The notes under the pieces: model-generated | Database searches by the model: none | Seen by the model: the letters and a program-made list of their open reading frames with translations, nothing else | What the model was told of the DNA's origin: nothing | In this document: positions 30,139 to 37,816 of the stretch, in pieces | Layout of the letters: each line of letters starts with the position of its first letter | Numbering within the stretch: position 1 is the stretch's first letter | From: Elusimicrobium minutum | Lineage (GTDB): Bacteria > Elusimicrobiota > Elusimicrobia > Elusimicrobiales > UBA9959 | Direction of reading: 5' to 3' | NCBI GenBank assembly: GCA_020723765.1 | Contig: DYIF01000009.1 | Location: 6,583 to 70,582 of the forward strand | DNA length: 64,000 nucleotides | Program-made: the position numbers and the translations under genes

Positions 30139-32232
30139 ATGAATAGAATAAAAAATCATCCTATTCTGGATGTTAAAGAAAAAAAAGAGATTGTGTTTTA
30201 TTTCGAAGGAAATCCTTTAAAAGCTTATGAAGAGGAGGTTATCTCTTCGGCGTTATTTGCAAACGGAATAAAAATATTCAGTTATCATAAAAAAGATACG
30301 GCTCCTCAAGGAATATTCTGCGCCAACGGCCAGTGCGCTCAGTGCAGCGTCGTAGCCGACGGCCGCGTGGTCAAGGCCTGCGTCAGTAAGGTAAAGGAAA
30401 GTATGAAAATAGAGACTCTTAAAGGGGCCGCAAAGATAAATTTGAAAGAGGAAACGAGTTTTAACTATTCTTCCATAGAAGAAATAGATACGGATGTGCT
30501 TATAATCGGGGGGGGGCCCAGCGGAATGAGCGCCGCCGCCGAAATAAGCAAGTTTAATCTGGATGTCATTTTGGTAGACGACAAGGATAAGTTGGGTGGA
30601 AAACTTGTTCTTCAAACTCACAAGTTTTTCGGCTCGGTCGACGATTGTTACGCGGGAACCAGAGGTATAGAAATAGCTGAAAAATTATACGAAGAACTCA
30701 TAAAATACCCCTCTTTAAAGATATGGACCGAATCCGTTTGTTTCGGAGTTTTTTCGGATAAAAAGATAGGTGTTATAAAAAACGGCGTTTGTTATCTTGT
30801 AAAACCCAAAGTGGCGGTTTTTGCCACCGGAGCCAGAGAAAAAACTCTGTTATTCCAAGGCAATACCCTTCCCGGGGTCTATGGAGCCGGAGCTTTTCAG
30901 ACTCTTGTAAATAGAGATCTCGTAAAACCGTCGGATAAGCTTTTTGTGGTCGGCGGAGGCAATGTCGGGCTTATAGCGGCTTATCACGCATTGCAAGCCG
31001 GAATAAAGGTAGTAGGATTGTGCGAAATATCCGAAAGGTGCGGCGGTTATAAAGTTCACGAGGATAAAATAAAGAGGCTTGGAGTTCCTATCTTTACCAG
31101 ACATACCGTTTTAAAGGTAGAAGGAGATAAATCGGTCGAAAGAGTCGTAATATGCGAGGTGGATGAAAAATTTAATCCGATAAAAGGAAAAGAAAAAGTT
31201 TTCGATGTGGATACCGTTTTGGTGGCGGCTGGATTAAATCCGGTAAACGAATTTTATAATCAGGCTGTGGAATATCAGCTCCCTTCTTTCGTATGCGGAG
31301 ACGCCGAAGAGATAGCCGAGGCTTCTGCGGCTATGTTTAGCGGAAAAATAACCGCTCATAGAGTTCTAAAACACTTAGGTTTTATAACTACCGATGTTCC
31401 AAAGTTTTGGTTTGAGAAGCTTGAAATACTTAAATCCAGACCGGGAAATACTTACGACATGGAACCTAATAAAGAAAATTTTCTTGTCTATCCGGTTATT
31501 CATTGCAATCAGGAAATTCCATGCAACCCTTGCTCTAGCGTTTGCCCTAAAAAATCTATAAAAATGAAAAATAACGATATGAGGTCTTTGCCGGAATTTA
31601 ACGGAGAATGCATAGGATGTTTTAGGTGTTTAATAATATGTCCCGGGCTTGCAATAACCATAGTGGATAAAAGAAAGGATAAAGAAAATCCGATAGTCTG
31701 GTTACCTTTGGAATTAAATTTGGGAATTAAAAAAGGCGATAAGGTTTTAGGGGTAGATTCTGACGGAAAGTTTTTGGGGGAGTTTGAGGTTTTAGACGTA
31801 AGAAATTTTAAAGCTGAAAATACTGTGGCGGTGGCGGTTAAAGTAAAAAACGATATATCTTCTAAAATAACCTCAATAAGGATATTAAACGAAGAAGTTT
31901 TAAAATCATATGCCGGAGAAATATCCTCTTTAAGCGACGAAATCGTAGTTTGCAGATGCGAGAGAGTAAGCCTTGGAGAAATAAGAAAATGGATTAAAAA
32001 AGGGGTTAGAGATTTAAATCAGTTAAAAGCTTTGACCAGAGCTGGTATGGGGGCCTGCGGTTCCAAAACATGCGGAAGTTTGCTTTTGTCGATAATGAAA
32101 GCGGAAGGAGTAAAAATAGAGGATGTTACCGACCTTACCAAAAGACCTCTTTTTATAGAAATAGAGCTGAAATCTTTTGCGGGTTTGGATAAAAAAGAAG
32201 AAGAACCCAAAAACAATTTTAGTAATTTTTAA
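30139..32232 (+). CDS. Multi-domain flavoprotein: 2Fe-2S domain, two-dinucleotide-binding pyridine nucleotide-disulfide oxidoreductase, 2x[4Fe-4S] ferredoxin and BFD-like 2Fe-2S domain
   Basis: CANGQCAQCSV, DVLIIGGGPSGMSAA, FVVGGGNVGLIAA, CNPCSSVCP plus CIGCFRCLIICP, and CRCERVSLGEI...GMGACGSKTC. It resembles fused HcnA/HcnB or the alpha subunit of sarcosine/proline/opine oxidases. Confidence 0.7.
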   Translation: MNRIKNHPILDVKEKKEIVFYFEGNPLKAYEEEVISSALFANGIKIFSYHKKDTAPQGIFCANGQCAQCSVVADGRVVKACVSKVKESMKIETLKGAAKINLKEETSFNYSSIEEIDTDVLIIGGGPSGMSAAAEISKFNLDVILVDDKDKLGGKLVLQTHKFFGSVDDCYAGTRGIEIAEKLYEELIKYPSLKIWTESVCFGVFSDKKIGVIKNGVCYLVKPKVAVFATGAREKTLLFQGNTLPGVYGAGAFQTLVNRDLVKPSDKLFVVGGGNVGLIAAYHALQAGIKVVGLCEISERCGGYKVHEDKIKRLGVPIFTRHTVLKVEGDKSVERVVICEVDEKFNPIKGKEKVFDVDTVLVAAGLNPVNEFYNQAVEYQLPSFVCGDAEEIAEASAAMFSGKITAHRVLKHLGFITTDVPKFWFEKLEILKSRPGNTYDMEPNKENFLVYPVIHCNQEIPCNPCSSVCPKKSIKMKNNDMRSLPEFNGECIGCFRCLIICPGLAITIVDKRKDKENPIVWLPLELNLGIKKGDKVLGVDSDGKFLGEFEVLDVRNFKAENTVAVAVKVKNDISSKITSIRILNEEVLKSYAGEISSLSDEIVVCRCERVSLGEIRKWIKKGVRDLNQLKALTRAGMGACGSKTCGSLLLSIMKAEGVKIEDVTDLTKRPLFIEIELKSFAGLDKKEEEPKNNFSNF

Positions 32233-32242
32233 AGGAGATAAA

Positions 32243-33388
32243 ATGGAAAAATTTGACGTTATAATCGTCGGCGCCGGAAGCGTTGGCGTTCCTCTTTCCT
32301 TGTTTCTTTCCAAAGAGAAATTTAAGGTTTTGGTCTTAGAAAAAAACCCTTCTCCGGGTCAAGGGCAGAATAAAGCCGCAATAGGCGGAATTAGAGCGAC
32401 TCACTCCGATTCTTCTAAAATAAAGACCTGTCTTAAAAGTCTCGAGATATTTTCAACTTGGAAAGAAACCTACGGGGATGATATCGGATGGTTGAAAGGT
32501 GGATATCTGTTTCCGGTTTATAATCCTCAAGACGAAAAAATTTTAAAAGACCTTTTGCTAGTTCAGAAATCTTACGGGCTTAATATTAAATGGATAGATA
32601 AAGACGAGGTATGCGAACTGGTTAAGGGGATAAATAAGGAAGGGCTTTTGGGCGCGACATATTCTCCGGACGACGGTTCCGCTTCTCCTTTGCTTTCCAT
32701 AAACGCTTTTTATTTTAAATCTAAGGAATACGGAACGCAATTTAATTTTAACGAAAAGATAATAGAAGTTTCCAAAAAAGAAAACTTCATTATAAAAACC
32801 GATAAAGGAGACTATGAATCTAAATATTTCATAAACGCATCCGGTTCTCACGCAAAGGCAGTATCTTTGATGCTGGGAGTCGATGTGCCGGTAAAACCCG
32901 ATTCTCATCCGGCCGGAATAACAGAGCCTCTTGAAAGAATTTTGGATCCGATGTTGGTGGATATAAGGAAAGGAGAAAAATCAAAAAACTGTTATTTTTA
33001 TCAAAACTTTGAGGGACAGATAATATTTTGTTTAACGCCCGAGCCTCCTCAATGGGGGTATGATCGAAAAGTTTCTTCCGAATTTTTAAACGAGATATCT
33101 AAAAGAATGTTAAATTTAATCCCGGGACTCAAAGATATAAGGATAAGAAGATTATGGAAAGGTCTATATCCTATGACTCCTGACGGTTTCCCGATAGTCG
33201 ATTTTAATTCCGGCGGTATTGAAAATTATATACTTTGCGTGGGAATGTGCGGACAGGGGTTTATGTTGGGACCCGGCATAGGTTGGGTGGTTTCTCAGGT
33301 TTTAACAGGCAAAAAAACGAAAGACGACGATATGATAATAAACTTTAGGCTTAGCAGAAACTTCACCGGCCAGGAAAAACTGAAATAG
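32243..33388 (+). CDS. FAD-dependent oxidoreductase (DAO family; HcnC / sarcosine-oxidase-beta-like)
   Basis: I chose the ATG at 32243, which follows an AGGAG RBS. FDVIIVGAGSVGVPLSLFLS is the dinucleotide motif, and the gene is paired with the preceding flavoprotein. Confidence 0.75.
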   Translation: MEKFDVIIVGAGSVGVPLSLFLSKEKFKVLVLEKNPSPGQGQNKAAIGGIRATHSDSSKIKTCLKSLEIFSTWKETYGDDIGWLKGGYLFPVYNPQDEKILKDLLLVQKSYGLNIKWIDKDEVCELVKGINKEGLLGATYSPDDGSASPLLSINAFYFKSKEYGTQFNFNEKIIEVSKKENFIIKTDKGDYESKYFINASGSHAKAVSLMLGVDVPVKPDSHPAGITEPLERILDPMLVDIRKGEKSKNCYFYQNFEGQIIFCLTPEPPQWGYDRKVSSEFLNEISKRMLNLIPGLKDIRIRRLWKGLYPMTPDGFPIVDFNSGGIENYILCVGMCGQGFMLGPGIGWVVSQVLTGKKTKDDDMIINFRLSRNFTGQEKLK

Positions 33389-33488
33389 TTTTTTAAAAGA
33401 TTTCCTATCGTTTTTTGCTGCTTGTTCAACATCTTGAAGATAGATAAAATATTAATATTCGAAAGGAATAATATGATATAATTAAATT

Positions 33489-34646
33489 ATGATAAGAAAA
33501 TTAAAAATAAAAAACTTTAGAGGAATTTCAGAATTGTCTTTTGATGCAAAATTTATAAATATATTGGTTGGGAAGAATAATGTCGGAAAAAGTAGTGTTC
33601 TTGAAGCAATAGATTTATTGTTTAACACTCATAAGATTGATAGATATGATAGATATAATAATAGATACGACGATAATATCGATTATATAGTTAAATGTAG
33701 AAGAGATGTCGCGCATGTTGAGGCAATATATTTTAATAATAAGAAAAATATTCTTCAGTTAAAAAAAATTTCCGAAGAAGAGAAAAATATTCTATATGAA
33801 AAAATAAAAGGTGATATAATTTCCAATTTGACAGAAAAATACAGTATAAAACAGGATAAACTATTCGGGGAGAGAGAGGAAAAATATTATAAAAATAGAA
33901 TTATAAAGATAAAAAAGAATAACAAAGAAGTTTTGTTTATACCGAGTTTTATGTATTTTTCATTGGCAGACTATCTTGTACCAGAGAAAGAAATAAAACA
34001 TGGAAAACTGGTTAGAGTTCAGGTTTATGACGATTTCCTAAAGATATACAATAAAACTCATTATCAGATGCTTAAAACATTAAAAAGGAATTCACGTAAC
34101 ATTAGAGTAATCTTGATAAGAGACCTTTTAAGATTAAGAGAAAATAATACTTCAAAAAAGGTCTTTGTTAAAATAGAAAACTTTTTAAGAGAAAATAATA
34201 TTTTGGATGTTAAAAGATTTGGTTTTGATTCAATACTTTATGGTAACGGAATAGAAGTTCCTTTTAATGTATTGGGTGATGGGTTAAAATCTTTTACGAA
34301 AATGCTTTACATTTATTTTGATGATAAAACTAAAAAAAATGTAATACTTATGGACGAACCAGACTCTCATATGCATCCAGGATATCTTAAGGAGTTTATA
34401 AAATTAATAATAAAGTGGTCTATGCTGGAACGGGTTCAATTTTTCATTGCTACTCACAGTTCTGATTTAATAGATTTACTTTTGTCGCAAGAATTTGATG
34501 AAAAATCTAAAAAATACTTAGAAAAAGAACTAAATGTTATAAGACTTTTCAAAACAAAAAATGATATTGATTTGATTAGTACGTATACTTATTCAGATGC
34601 CGTTGAAAGCATTAATGATTTGTTTTTGGATTTAAGAGGGATTTAA
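33489..34646 (+). CDS. ABC-type (AAA_15/AAA_21-like) ATPase, OLD/AriA/GajA-like N-terminal module only
   Basis: LKIKNFRGI followed by Walker A GKNNVGKSS, a signature-like LGDGLKS, Walker B VILMDEPDSHMHP and H-loop IATHS. There is no nuclease domain in this ORF. Confidence 0.75.
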   Translation: MIRKLKIKNFRGISELSFDAKFINILVGKNNVGKSSVLEAIDLLFNTHKIDRYDRYNNRYDDNIDYIVKCRRDVAHVEAIYFNNKKNILQLKKISEEEKNILYEKIKGDIISNLTEKYSIKQDKLFGEREEKYYKNRIIKIKKNNKEVLFIPSFMYFSLADYLVPEKEIKHGKLVRVQVYDDFLKIYNKTHYQMLKTLKRNSRNIRVILIRDLLRLRENNTSKKVFVKIENFLRENNILDVKRFGFDSILYGNGIEVPFNVLGDGLKSFTKMLYIYFDDKTKKNVILMDEPDSHMHPGYLKEFIKLIIKWSMLERVQFFIATHSSDLIDLLLSQEFDEKSKKYLEKELNVIRLFKTKNDIDLISTYTYSDAVESINDLFLDLRGI

Positions 34647-34972
34647 TGCAGAAGGTGGTTATCTTGTGTGAGGGGAAAAAAGATAGTGAGTTTTTGAGGG
34701 AAATATTAAATATTCTTGGGAAAAAAGCTAAGATATTTGACCAAAATGAAAGATATAAAATTAAAAACTTGAAGTTTTGTGAAAACCGTGAGTTTAATAA
34801 ATTTTTACAAAATACAAGTCCATATTCTGTGCTGGTTAAGTCTGAGGCTGGAAAACAAAAAGCAATTAAGCTTTTGGTAAGCATATTAGACTTTCTTATT
34901 GATAATAATTTAAAAACAATTTTATTGCTTGATCTTGATGGATCCACTCTTAATAATCTGGAAAAAAAATAA
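34646..34972 (+). CDS. Small Toprim-like protein (conserved Glu then DxD), apparently truncated at an A8 run
   Basis: VVILCEGKKDSEFL carries the Toprim Glu and LLLDLDGS carries the DxD. The start overlaps the ATPase stop (TAATG). The ORF stops immediately after gaaaaaaaa. Confidence 0.55.
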   Translation: MQKVVILCEGKKDSEFLREILNILGKKAKIFDQNERYKIKNLKFCENREFNKFLQNTSPYSVLVKSEAGKQKAIKLLVSILDFLIDNNLKTILLLDLDGSTLNNLEKK

Positions 34973-35196
34973 ATGATTGTGTTAGAAGGAATAACTATAA
35001 TCTTTCTTGTAAAAAAACTAAACAGGTTAATAATATGATAAACTGTAAAGTTAAAATTTATAAATCTAAAAAAGAAAAAGAAATATATGATTTAGATCTT
35101 GTGCTTTTTGCTAATTCTCTGGAAAAAGAGTTGGAAGTAATGAGTTTGAATCAATTGGTTAAAAAATATAAGGAAGTTATTTCTAGTTGTTTTTAA
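34969..35196 (+). other. Open -1 frame continuation of the Toprim-like ORF (76 sense codons)
   Basis: Reading from A34969 gives INDCVRRNNYNLSCKKTKQVNNMINCKVKIYKSKKEKEIYDLDLVLFANSLEKELEVMSLNQLVKKYKEVISSCF with no stop, in very AT-rich DNA. Confidence 0.45.
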
Positions 35197-35392
35197 TATC
35201 TCAAAACTAATTAAAGCATTTTTGACTTCAGATGAAATGTTATATTATATAAGTAAAGTATATCATAGATATTATATTAAGTTTAAAGAGTTGAATATTC
35301 CCAAAAAATAAGTTTTGTTTTAAAAATCACAAAAATCCATATATATTTTAAGGCTGTTCCGAGGTAAAGTCTTTTTTATAAAGTAGATATAA

Positions 35393-35466
35393 CGGCCTGT
35401 ACGGGATTCGAACCCGTGATCTCCGCCTTGAGAGGGCGGCGTCCTGGGCCGCTAGACGAACAGGCC
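35393..35466 (-). tRNA. tRNA-Glu (anticodon CUC), no encoded CCA
   Basis: The reverse complement is GGCCTGTTCGTCTAGCGGCCCAGGACGCCGCCCTCTCAAGGCGGAGATCACGGGTTCGAATCCCGTACAGGCCG. It folds as a cloverleaf with a 7-bp acceptor stem, anticodon stem CCGCC/GGCGG, loop CTCTCAA and T-loop GGTTCGAATCC. It closely resembles E. coli tRNA-Glu. Confidence 0.92.
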
Positions 35467-35589
35467 TATACCTTCTATTTTATAAAATTTATCCGAATAA
35501 AAAAAATTAACAAATAAAAACGGTTATTTATGTCTCGTTTAATTTTTGATAAAATTATATATATAAGCATTTTTAAGCAAGGAGGCATT

Positions 35590-36492
35590 ATGGCATTGTT
35601 TAGAATAGCTAAAAGAGTTTTTCTCTTTGCGATACTGAATATACTTGTAATAATAACTCTTTCCATAACGTTAAACATATTGGGTATAAAAGGTTATCTG
35701 ACAAACTACGGCATAGACTATTACGCTTTGATGGTGTTTTGCCTTATATGGGGTATGGGCGGAGCTTTTATCTCGCTTATGCTTTCCAGAATAATGGCCA
35801 AGTGGATGATGGGCGTTCATGTAATAGAGCCGGATACCAGAGATCCTGGGCTTAAGTGGCTTGTAGATACCGTCTATAAACTTTCAAGACAGGCGGGATT
35901 AAGTAAAATGCCGGAGGTTGGAATTTACGAAAGCAGAGAGATAAACGCTTTCGCCACCGGACCGACAAGAAACAGAGCTCTTGTGGCGGTATCTTCGGGA
36001 CTTCTTGAAAGTATGAGCGAAGAGGAGATAGAAGGGGTTATCGCCCATGAGGTTTCTCATATATCAAACGGCGATATGGTAACTATGACGCTTCTTCAAG
36101 GAGTTATAAACGCGATAGTAATGTTTTTAGCCCGAGTTATCGCCTTTGCGGTAACTTCAAGAAGAGACGGAGATAGGGATTCATCGCCGCTTATGAGGTA
36201 TGTTGTTACGGTTATGCTGGAAATAGCTCTGAGCTTTTTGGGAATGATTCTTTTAGCCTGGTTTTCAAGATTTAGAGAATTTAAAGCCGACGAGGGTGGA
36301 GCGAAGCTTGCCGGAAAAGAAAAGATGATAGCGGCTCTTGAAAGACTTAAGAGAACTATCGAAAGAGCCGACTTAACGCAGGTTGAAAGCGTTAAAACTT
36401 TTAAAATTTCGTCAAAATCTTCTTTTTTCCATCTCTTTGCGACTCATCCTCCTCTTGAGGACAGGATAAATCGTCTTAAAGAGCTTTATTAG
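35590..36492 (+). CDS. htpX: M48-family membrane protease HtpX
   Basis: I chose the ATG at 35590, which follows a GGAGG RBS. It has the HEVSHISNGD zinc motif (HExxH) and four TM helices. Confidence 0.9.
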   Translation: MALFRIAKRVFLFAILNILVIITLSITLNILGIKGYLTNYGIDYYALMVFCLIWGMGGAFISLMLSRIMAKWMMGVHVIEPDTRDPGLKWLVDTVYKLSRQAGLSKMPEVGIYESREINAFATGPTRNRALVAVSSGLLESMSEEEIEGVIAHEVSHISNGDMVTMTLLQGVINAIVMFLARVIAFAVTSRRDGDRDSSPLMRYVVTVMLEIALSFLGMILLAWFSRFREFKADEGGAKLAGKEKMIAALERLKRTIERADLTQVESVKTFKISSKSSFFHLFATHPPLEDRINRLKELY

Positions 36493-36493
36493 A

Positions 36494-37612
36494 ATGAAAT
36501 ATTTTGTTAAAGCAGTTACTAACAATAAAGACTTAGAAAAATTTATAGAGCTTCCCTGGAAGGTTTACGAAAATTATCCCAATTGGGTTCCGCCTTTAAA
36601 ATCCGAGGTAAGATTTCTTGTCGGTAAAGATAATCCCTTCTGGGAACACGCCGAAAGAGAGATTTTTTTAGCTTATGACGAAAAAGAAAATATAGTCGGA
36701 AGAATAGTTGCGATATCGGATAAACGTCACAACGAATTTCATAACGAAAAAACCGGTTTTTTCGGTTTTTTCGAATGTATAAACGATACCGAGGTTTCCG
36801 GTCTTTTATTCGATTCGGCTTTAAAATGGGTTAAAGAAAAGGGAATGAGTTTGATAAGGGGACCTGTCAACCCGAGCATGAATGACGAGTGCGGTTTTTT
36901 AATAGAAGGTTACGATAAGATGCCTTCCATAATGATGCCCTATACTCCAAATTATTACATAAAACTCTACGAGAACTACGGCTTTAGAAAAGCCAAGGAT
37001 CTCTACGCTTTAATTAAATATACTTCCGAAGGGATTCCACAGAGGATAGAGAGAATGATAGATGGAGTAATAAAAAAAACGGGTGTAAAGATAAGAACTC
37101 TGGATATGAGAAATTTTGAAAGAGATATAAACATATTAAAGGATATATATAATTCTGCATGGGAAAAAAATTGGGGTTTTGTCCCGATGACCGACAACGA
37201 GATCAATATATCCGCAAAAAAACTAAAGGATTTCGTAGATCCCGATTTGGTTTTGTTTGCCGAAGTAAACGGTTCTCCCGTGGGAGTGGCCGTTACCATT
37301 CCGGACATAAACCCTATATTAAAGAAAATGAATGGAGAGCTCAATTTGTTAAATATTTTCAGGTTTTTATATTATAGAAAAAAGATGAAAGGCATAAGGT
37401 CTTTGATAGGCGGGGTTAAAAAAGAATACAGAAATACTGGAATAATAGCCGTACTTTATTATCAAACCGAGATAAACGCCAGAAAAAAAGGATATGAGTG
37501 GTGTGAGTTGGGGTGGAATCTGGAAAATAATGATCTTATAAATAGATTCGATATGGCGATAGGGGGAAAGATTTATAAAAAATATAGAATAGTGGAAAAA
37601 GATATAATCTAA
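36494..37612 (+). CDS. GNAT-like N-acetyltransferase family protein (tentative)
   Basis: The C-terminal region YRNTGIIAVLYYQ resembles an acetyl-CoA-binding R/QxxGxG/A segment. The assignment is weak. Confidence 0.4.
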   Translation: MKYFVKAVTNNKDLEKFIELPWKVYENYPNWVPPLKSEVRFLVGKDNPFWEHAEREIFLAYDEKENIVGRIVAISDKRHNEFHNEKTGFFGFFECINDTEVSGLLFDSALKWVKEKGMSLIRGPVNPSMNDECGFLIEGYDKMPSIMMPYTPNYYIKLYENYGFRKAKDLYALIKYTSEGIPQRIERMIDGVIKKTGVKIRTLDMRNFERDINILKDIYNSAWEKNWGFVPMTDNEINISAKKLKDFVDPDLVLFAEVNGSPVGVAVTIPDINPILKKMNGELNLLNIFRFLYYRKKMKGIRSLIGGVKKEYRNTGIIAVLYYQTEINARKKGYEWCELGWNLENNDLINRFDMAIGGKIYKKYRIVEKDII

Positions 37613-37765
37613 CCAATATTTTTCCGAAATAAATTTTGCGGTTATATAAAGATGGATAGGTTTAAAAAATAACATGGCAATTTGGTGTTGTATCCATTGA
37701 TTTTCAAAATTATTTTTTTAATTTTTGTAATTGTGTGAAATATTTGTGGTTTGGTTTTTGTGGTG

Positions 37766-37795
37766 TTGACAAGCTTTGAAAATATTTAATATAAT
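37766..37795 (+). promoter_or_regulatory. Sigma70-type promoter of the efflux operon
   Basis: TTGACA (37766-37771), an 18-nt spacer and TATAAT (37790-37795). Confidence 0.7.
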
Positions 37796-37797
37796 TT

Positions 37798-37815
37798 ACT
37801 TACCAGTAGGTAAGT
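37798..37815 (+). promoter_or_regulatory. Inverted-repeat operator candidate (TetR-type)
   Basis: ACTTACC-AGTA-GGTAAGT has 7-nt perfect arms. It lies between the -10 box and the ATG of the TetR-domain ORF. Confidence 0.6.
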
Positions 37816-37816
37816 T

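Noticed and set aside
33389-33488. Direct repeat of the tRNA-Glu 3' end marking the far border of the islet (att site)
   Set aside because: Only a 7-mer (ATTCGAA) is shared with the tRNA T-arm region. That is too short to be meaningful in AT-rich DNA, and no integrase is present.
34612-34947. 111-aa minus-strand ORF overlapping the Toprim-like gene
   Set aside because: It is antisense to an ORF with a coupled start and recognisable motifs. Its translation is low-complexity and it has no RBS.
35222-35250. TTGACT-N17-TTATAT promoter-like sequence in the islet's non-coding tail
   Set aside because: It points at the 3' end of an opposite-strand tRNA with no downstream gene. Matches of this kind are expected by chance in DNA this AT-rich.
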